This document shows positions 51,286 to 58,344 of a DNA stretch of 58,344 nt, piece after piece. Positions within the stretch are counted from its first letter, which is position 1. Every line of letters begins with the position of its first letter. The notes under the pieces were generated by a model. That model searched no databases. It had not been told where the DNA came from and saw nothing but the letters and a program-made list of their open reading frames with translations. The stretch is from an uncultured Steroidobacteraceae bacterium (GTDB taxonomy: Bacteria; Pseudomonadota; Gammaproteobacteria; Steroidobacterales; Steroidobacteraceae): positions 1-58,344 of the forward strand of contig CAZYPM010000001.1 of assembly GCA_964649205.1 (NCBI GenBank), given 5' to 3'. Both the position numbers and the translations under genes were made by a program.

Positions 51286-53955
51286 ATGGGGTCGCGCGAG
51301 GACGCCCGGGCCATGCCGCACGCGCTGAAATCAGCGCTGGTCATCGCATTGTGCATCGCGCTCGTGATGAGCGCGATCAGCGGCGCTGCGCGCTTCTACC
51401 TGCTCGAAAGCTACGTCAGCCTGGAGCGCGAGTCCACCGAGCGCACCGCTGCCAGCCTGCGCCGCGCCTGGCAGGAGGAGCTGGCGCAGCTCGAGGCGTC
51501 GGTGCGCAACTATGCGGTCTGGGACGACATGTACGCGTTCGTGCGCCGGCCGAACATCCCCTTCGTGCAGAGCAGCCTCGCATCCACCTCGATGCTGAAC
51601 CAGTGGGTAGACACGGTGCTGGTGGCCGACGACAAGGCTGCAGCCGTCTTCTGGCGCCGATTCCGTGATCCCGGCAATCGCGGCTTCCCGGATGCCCGCC
51701 TGCTGATCGCGGACCTGCCCGCCGGCGCGCTCGCGCTCGACTCACCGGCGCTGACCGGCATCCTGCCGCGTCCGAGCGGCGCGATGCTGGTGTCGATCGC
51801 GCGCATCCTGCCGACCGATGGCGATGCGCCGGCGCGCGGCACGCTGTTGTTCGGCCGCGCGCTGGACCACGAGGTGCTGGAACGGCTGAGCGCCGCCGCC
51901 GGCATCCGCGTACAGGGTCTCGCGGCGGATGCCGCAGCGCTGCCCGAGGCCGTCCGCTCGGCCGCGTCCCGCCGCAGCGGCCGGCCGGAGGCCGTCACGG
52001 TCATCGACAGCGAATCCCGCACGGCCACGCACCTGGTCATCCCGGACATCACCGGATCCCCGGCGATCGTCCTGCGCGTGACCGAGCCGCGGCTGATCTG
52101 GCAGCGCGGCGTCGAGACCATCGACTACCTGGTCTACGGCGCATTCGTCATGTGCCTGGCGTTCGGCGCCATCGCGCTCGTGCTGTGGCTGCGCATGACG
52201 CGGCACTGGGCGCAGCGCAACGAAAGCGAGGCGCGCTATCGCGCGGTGGTCGCGCAGGCGAGCGAAGGCATCGTGCTGGTCGATCCTGCGACGCTCGCGA
52301 TCCTCGAGGCAAACCAGGCGTTCCTCGACAATGCGGGCTACGTGCGGCAGCCCGAGGCTGGATTGAACCTCGCCGACATATTCCCGCCCGGCCCGGTCAA
52401 CACGCCGGTGCTGACCCGGGGACTGCTGCCCGGCGACCGTCCCGTGGAACTCAAGCTGCGCACGCGCGGCGGCGAGACCTCGGACGCGGAAGTCACCACC
52501 AGCGTGATCACCTACCAGGGCCGCGAGGTGTTCTGCCTGGTGATGCGCGACGTGACCGCCCGCAAGGCGGCCGACGCGCGCCTGCGCGCCAGTGAACGTC
52601 GCCTGGAGCACCTCGCGCACCATGATCCGCTGACCGGCCTGCCCAACCGCCTGTTCCTGGTGTCCTACCTCAAGCGCGCGCTGGCGGAATCCGGGGCCAC
52701 GGGCACGCCGCTCGCGCTGCTGTTCCTCGACCTCGACCGGTTCAAGTTCATCAACGACTCGCAGGGCCACGAGACCGGCGATGCGCTGCTCAAGGAAGTG
52801 GCGCGGCGGCTGAAGGCCGCGGCCGCCGAGGGCCACATCGTGGTGCGCATGGGCGGCGACGAGTTCGTGGTCGTGATGCCGAACGCAGCGGACGGCCGCG
52901 CCGTGGAGCAGCTCGGCCAGCGCGTGCTCGAGTCGCTGAGCCAGCCCTTCTCCCTGGGCGAGCTGCAGTTCCAGGTGACCTGCAGCGTCGGCATCAGCGT
53001 CTATCCGCGCGACGCCGCAGACATCTCCACGCTGGTGCGCAGCGCCGACACCGCCATGTACCACGCCAAGGAGAAGGGCCGGAACAACCTGCAGCGCTAC
53101 CATGCCGGCCTGAATGCGCGGGTCAGCGACCGCGTGCAGCTCGAGTCCAGCCTGCGCGCCGCGGTCGACCGGGACGGGCTGCAGCTCGTATACCAGCCCC
53201 AGTTCGACCTCCGCACGGGGTCGATCACCGGCGTGGAAGCGCTGCTGCGCTGGCGCGACGAGACCGGCACGCTGCGCTCCTCGGACCGGATCATGCAGGT
53301 CGCCGAGGAGACCGGCCTCATCGTCCCGATCGGCGAGTGGGTGCTGCGCGAGGCCTGCCGCGTGCGCCGCGACTGGCAGGAGGGCCTGGTGGGGGATTTC
53401 CGCATGGCGGTCAACCTGAGCCCCAGCCAGCTGCGGCGGCCCGAGTTCCTCGCGCGCCTGCACGCGGTGCTGGCCGAGACCGGCCTGGCGCCGCAGCTGC
53501 TGGAAGTCGAACTCACCGAGAGCGCGTTCATGCAGCACGCCGGCGACGAGGCGCAGCCGCTCAAGCTGCTGCGCCAGCTCGGCATCGGCGTCGCCGTGGA
53601 CGACTTCGGCATCGGCTATTCGTCGCTCTCCTACCTCAAGCACTTCCCGGTGACCAAGCTGAAGATCGACCGCTCGTTCATCCGCGACCTCGCCAGCGAC
53701 CCGAACGACGCGGCCATCGTGCGCGCGATCCTCGCGCTCGCGCAGTCGATGAAGATCCCGGTCTGCGCCGAGGGCGTGGAAGCGGCCGGCCAGGTGGAGT
53801 TCCTGCTCGAGCACCGGTGCGAGTACGCGCAGGGCTTCTTCTTCGCCGAGCCGATGGACGAGGAATCCTGCCTGATGCTGATCGCGGGGACTACTGACGG
53901 GTCGGTGGCCGTGCGCCTGCGGCCCTCGCAGTCTTCGGGGCAGCACAACCGATGA
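51286..53955 (+). CDS. Membrane sensor: periplasmic (CHASE4-like) domain - PAS - GGDEF - EAL
   Basis: 889 aa. Two TM segments flank about 240 aa (YAVWDDMYAFV). PAS (RYRAVVAQASEGIVLVD). GGDEF motif intact (RMGGDEFVVV, about nt 52852). EAL motif intact (VEALLRW ... DDFGIGYSSLSYL). Alternative start ATG 51313. Confidence 0.88.
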   Translation: MGSREDARAMPHALKSALVIALCIALVMSAISGAARFYLLESYVSLERESTERTAASLRRAWQEELAQLEASVRNYAVWDDMYAFVRRPNIPFVQSSLASTSMLNQWVDTVLVADDKAAAVFWRRFRDPGNRGFPDARLLIADLPAGALALDSPALTGILPRPSGAMLVSIARILPTDGDAPARGTLLFGRALDHEVLERLSAAAGIRVQGLAADAAALPEAVRSAASRRSGRPEAVTVIDSESRTATHLVIPDITGSPAIVLRVTEPRLIWQRGVETIDYLVYGAFVMCLAFGAIALVLWLRMTRHWAQRNESEARYRAVVAQASEGIVLVDPATLAILEANQAFLDNAGYVRQPEAGLNLADIFPPGPVNTPVLTRGLLPGDRPVELKLRTRGGETSDAEVTTSVITYQGREVFCLVMRDVTARKAADARLRASERRLEHLAHHDPLTGLPNRLFLVSYLKRALAESGATGTPLALLFLDLDRFKFINDSQGHETGDALLKEVARRLKAAAAEGHIVVRMGGDEFVVVMPNAADGRAVEQLGQRVLESLSQPFSLGELQFQVTCSVGISVYPRDAADISTLVRSADTAMYHAKEKGRNNLQRYHAGLNARVSDRVQLESSLRAAVDRDGLQLVYQPQFDLRTGSITGVEALLRWRDETGTLRSSDRIMQVAEETGLIVPIGEWVLREACRVRRDWQEGLVGDFRMAVNLSPSQLRRPEFLARLHAVLAETGLAPQLLEVELTESAFMQHAGDEAQPLKLLRQLGIGVAVDDFGIGYSSLSYLKHFPVTKLKIDRSFIRDLASDPNDAAIVRAILALAQSMKIPVCAEGVEAAGQVEFLLEHRCEYAQGFFFAEPMDEESCLMLIAGTTDGSVAVRLRPSQSSGQHNR

Positions 53956-54009
53956 ACTTGCAAGTACTATCTGCCCGCCACCTGGCATGACATTGCTGGA
54001 GCGACGGCG

Positions 54010-54675
54010 ATGCAGCGACTCCCCATGGATGCGCAGTTGACGCCGACACGGCGCGCCTTGCTGTTGATGCTGGCCGCCGGTGTCTTCGTCATCGGCCTCT
54101 GGCCGACCTGGTACGTCCGCGACGCCGTGCTCAACGCGTTCGGGGCGCCGGCGTACCAAGGCGTCTGGATCCTGATCCCGCACGCGCTGCTGTATTCAAC
54201 GCTCGGCGGGCTGGCCGCGCTGGCCCTGTGGCTGGGGCTGGCGCGCGCTCACTGGGTGAGCCGTCCCTCGTTCGCCTTCAACGGCGGGGTGGCGGCCTGG
54301 GGCGTCCTCGGAGGCCTCGTCGTCATCGCGATTACCGTCGTGGCGCTCTACGCGCTCGGCCACGGCGGCGCCTTTCATGCGCCGCAGGTCGACCCCTGGT
54401 TGATGGCAGGCAACGCATTCTCGAATTTCTTCGAGGAGCTGATCTTCCGCGGCTTCCTGCTCACCGCCCTGGCGGCGGCGCTGGGATTCTGGCCCGCCGC
54501 CATCCTCTCCAGCATCGCCTTCGGCGCGGTGCACACCCAGTTTCCGTTCGAAATCCAGGTGCTGGTCGGCGTGGCGGGCTTGGTCTGGTGCCTCGTCGCC
54601 GCACGCGCCAGCAGCCTGCTCGCTCCGTACATCTCCCATATGACGCTGGACTGGCTCGTCGACCCGTTCCTGTAG
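54010..54675 (+). CDS. CPBP-family intramembrane glutamic endopeptidase (CAAX protease / Abi fold)
   Basis: 221 aa. FEELIFRGFLL and FGAVH motifs, polytopic. Confidence 0.8.
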   Translation: MQRLPMDAQLTPTRRALLLMLAAGVFVIGLWPTWYVRDAVLNAFGAPAYQGVWILIPHALLYSTLGGLAALALWLGLARAHWVSRPSFAFNGGVAAWGVLGGLVVIAITVVALYALGHGGAFHAPQVDPWLMAGNAFSNFFEELIFRGFLLTALAAALGFWPAAILSSIAFGAVHTQFPFEIQVLVGVAGLVWCLVAARASSLLAPYISHMTLDWLVDPFL

Positions 54676-54707
54676 GCCGTGCGCCGCGCCTCCGGCGCAT
54701 GAAAAAA

Positions 54708-54731
54708 GGCCCGGGAGTCGCCTCCCGGGCC
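54708..54731. terminator. Intrinsic terminator hairpin, strong for groEL (minus strand) and weaker for the CPBP gene
   Basis: GGCCCGGGAG-tcgc-CTCCCGGGCC is a perfect 10-bp GC stem (extendable by two A-T pairs). It is flanked by AAAAAA on the plus strand, which is TTTTTT after the stem on the groEL transcript. It sits in the 85-nt convergent spacer. Confidence 0.85.
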
Positions 54732-54760
54732 TTCCATTCGAGCAGTAAAGCCCTGCGGCC

Positions 54761-56413
<1,653 letters not shown>

Positions 56414-56704
56414 TTACTTTTCGATGACGGCCATGACATCTTCCTCGCGCATCACGAGGAGTTCGTCGCCGTCGACCTTGACTTCGGTTCCGCTGTACTT
56501 GCCGAACAGGATCTTGTCGCCGACCTTGAGGTCGAGCGGACGGACGCTGCCGTTCTCCAGGATCTTGCCTTTGCCGACGGCCATGATCTTGCCGCGGATG
56601 GGCTTCTCGGCCGCGGTGTCGGGAATCACGATGCCACCGGGCGACTTGCGCTCTTCATCTTCGCGCTTGACGATCACGCGATCATGAAGCGGACGGATCT
56701 TCAT
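56414..56704 (-). CDS. groES: Co-chaperonin GroES
   Basis: 96 aa. [14 protein letters not shown]...GKILENG...[17 protein letters not shown]. Confidence 0.98.
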   Translation of the reverse strand: MKIRPLHDRVIVKREDEERKSPGGIVIPDTAAEKPIRGKIMAVGKGKILENGSVRPLDLKVGDKILFGKYSGTEVKVDGDELLVMREEDVMAVIEK

Positions 56705-56764
56705 GGGTCATCACTCCTGTCAGGAACTTGCTCTTGGAATGGGCCCGGGGCTCACAGCGTGCTG

Positions 56765-56791
56765 TTAGCACTCACCCCGGTCGGCTGCTAA
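56765..56791 (-). promoter_or_regulatory. CIRCE-like inverted repeat (HrcA operator) in the groES leader
   Basis: TTAGCACTC-N9-GGCTGCTAA against the consensus TTAGCACTC-N9-GAGTGCTAA (2 mismatches in one arm). It lies about 60 nt upstream of the groES ATG. Confidence 0.7.
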
Positions 56792-56819
56792 TGATAGGGA
56801 TCGGCTTTGCGATTTCAAG
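56791..56819 (-). promoter_or_regulatory. Sigma32-type heat-shock promoter for groES-groEL
   Basis: The minus strand reads CTTGAAA - 13 nt - CCCTATCAT, against the E. coli sigma32 consensus CTTGAAA-N13/14-CCCCATNT. It abuts the CIRCE element. Confidence 0.65.
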
Positions 56820-57001
56820 CGCTGCTCGAGGGCAGCACGGGCATGATCGTAACTGATTGATTTTGCAGTTTTTATGACCCTGGCGGCGGCGCCGGCCGCG
56901 GCCCCAGTTCGCGAATTCGGGCGCTGGGCCAAGACAAGCGCCGATTCGGCCGTTAACCTCTCGGCGCCACGGTCCCTTTTCGGTCACGAGGAATCCCCGG
57001 G

Positions 57002-58344
57002 ATGACGAGCTCCAGGAAGACCCTGCTCGCGTTTTGCCTTGTCTTTTCGGCCGCCGCCGGCGCACAGGGTCTGCTCGGTCCGACCAGCAACCAGGAACAG
57101 TTCCTGCCGGTCGACGAAGCCTTCCGCTTCACGGCGAGCGCGGACGGCGGCGCACAGGTCGCGCTCGATTGGCAGATCGCGCCGGGCTACTACCTCTACC
57201 GCCACCGCGTTTCCGCGAAGACGGCGACCGCGGGCTTCGTCCTCGGCGAGGTCGCGCTGCCCGCCGGCAAGAAGAAGACCGACGAGTTCTTCGGCGACGT
57301 CGAGGTCTACTACGACGCGCTCGCCGCGACGGTGCCGGTCACGCGGCCCGAGGGCGGCTCCGCCTTCGAGATCGCGGTCAGCTACCAGGGCTGCGCCGAT
57401 GCCGGCCTGTGCTACCCGCCGGTGACCAAGACGGTCGCGATCGAGTTGCCGCCACCCGGCACGCCGCCGCGCTCCGCGACGCCGGTCATGGTGGCGGAGC
57501 AGGACCGGCTCGCGAGCCTGATCGCGGACGGCAGCCTGCTGGTCGTGATGGCGACCTTCTTCGGTTTCGGCCTGCTGCTGGCCTTCACGCCCTGCGTGCT
57601 GCCGATGATCCCGATCCTGTCCGGCATCATCGCCGGGCAGGGCGCCGCGGCCACGCCCTCGCGGTCCTTCCTGCTGTCGCTGACCTACGTGCTCGGCATG
57701 GCGCTCACCTACACCATCGCGGGCGCTGCCTTCGCGGCCGCGGGCCAGCAGGCGCAGGCCTTCTTCCAGCAGCCCTGGATCATCATCCTGTTCGCGGGGC
57801 TGTTCGTCGTGCTCGCGCTCGCGATGTTCGGGCTGTTCGATCTCAAGATCCCGGCGGCGCTCGAGACGCGCCTCGCGGCCGTCTCGGGCCGCCAGAAGGC
57901 CGGCAGCTTCATCGGCACGGCAATCATGGGCGCGCTGTCCGCGCTGGTCGTGACCGCCTGCGTCGCGCCGCCGATGGTCGCTGCGCTGGCCGTGATCGGC
58001 CAGACCGGCGACGTGCTGCGTGGCGCGCTCGCGCTGTTCGCCATGGCGATCGGCATGGGCGCGCCGCTCCTGCTGGTGGGCGTCGCCGGCGGGCGCTTCC
58101 TGCCGCATGCGGGGCCGTGGATGACCACGATCAAGACGCTGTTCGGCGTGTTGTTCCTGGCGGTCGCCGTGTGGATGCTGGAGCGCATCCTGCCGGGGCC
58201 GCTGTCGCTCGCGCTGTGGGCCCTGCTGGTGATCGTGGGCGGATACTACTTCGGCGGATTCGGCCGCGCCGCGCAGGGCGACGCCGCCCCGCGCCTGCTC
58301 GCACGCGGGGCCGGCCTGGCCGCCATCGTCTGGGGAATCATCAT
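57002..58344 (+). CDS. dsbD: Thiol:disulfide interchange protein DsbD, N-terminal and membrane domains (gene runs off the right edge)
   Basis: Not in the ORF track because there is no stop in the window. My translation from ATG 57002 gives MTSSRKTLLAFCLVFSAAAGAQG..., YQGCADAGLCYPP (DsbD-alpha Cys pair), FTPCVLPMIPILS and TACVAPP (membrane-domain Cys). GAGGAA lies upstream. Confidence 0.88.
   Translation, partial: MTSSRKTLLAFCLVFSAAAGAQGLLGPTSNQEQFLPVDEAFRFTASADGGAQVALDWQIAPGYYLYRHRVSAKTATAGFVLGEVALPAGKKKTDEFFGDVEVYYDALAATVPVTRPEGGSAFEIAVSYQGCADAGLCYPPVTKTVAIELPPPGTPPRSATPVMVAEQDRLASLIADGSLLVVMATFFGFGLLLAFTPCVLPMIPILSGIIAGQGAAATPSRSFLLSLTYVLGMALTYTIAGAAFAAAGQQAQAFFQQPWIIILFAGLFVVLALAMFGLFDLKIPAALETRLAAVSGRQKAGSFIGTAIMGALSALVVTACVAPPMVAALAVIGQTGDVLRGALALFAMAIGMGAPLLLVGVAGGRFLPHAGPWMTTIKTLFGVLFLAVAVWMLERILPGPLSLALWALLVIVGGYYFGGFGRAAQGDAAPRLLARGAGLAAIVWGII

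Noticed and set aside
53956-53965. A perfect 10-nt palindrome ACTTGCAAGT immediately after the GGDEF-EAL gene stop
   Set aside because: It is short and isolated, has no second copy in the window, and has no T-tract. It could occur by chance.
56848-56880. An AT-rich patch (gtaactgattgattttgcagtttttatgac) in the groES-dsbD intergenic region
   Set aside because: It lies about 65-95 nt upstream of the predicted groES TSS. It might be an UP-like or factor-binding region or part of the dsbD promoter, but I could not fit convincing -35/-10 hexamers on either strand.

Overview
This is a very GC-rich, almost gap-free chromosomal segment. It reads like gammaproteobacterial core genome: gatCA; mreBCD-mrdA-rodA-mltB-rlpA-dacA-dat-ybeD; lipA/lipB; amgK-murU beside lptD-surA-pdxA-rsmA-apaG-apaH; kynU; folA-thyA-lgt; glnE; waaA-kdkA; groESL; dsbD. 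I call 60 protein-coding genes, two of them cut by the window edges. I also call one clean intrinsic terminator, a sigma32-type promoter plus CIRCE operator upstream of groES, and two consensus TATAAT boxes placed 6 nt from start codons. I saw no rRNA, tRNA, CRISPR array, transposase, integrase or phage gene, and no compositional island, so there is no classical mobile or defence island here. The unusual content is small accessory modules joined by start/stop overlaps, mostly inside a 17-gene co-directional minus-strand block (31.7-49.1 kb). (1) A CHCC zinc-finger ORF, a tyrosine phenol-lyase and a tryptophanase-type paralogue sit between glnE and kdkA-waaA. (2) A sulfotransferase-like gene lies divergent from a JmjC/cupin-4 oxygenase, followed by an M23 peptidase. 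(3) A DUF486-HIT-TfoX_N-HD-beta-carbonic-anhydrase chain with 4-nt overlaps runs downstream of a fold-III ornithine decarboxylase. (4) Outside that block, an OsmC-type peroxidase gene lies between lipA and lipB. (5) Also outside it, there is a membrane protein-MAPEG-GFA trio. Every functional call comes from reading the translated ORFs against remembered family motifs and gene context. No database search was run. Start codons may be off by a few codons, and none of the system-level ideas is verified.
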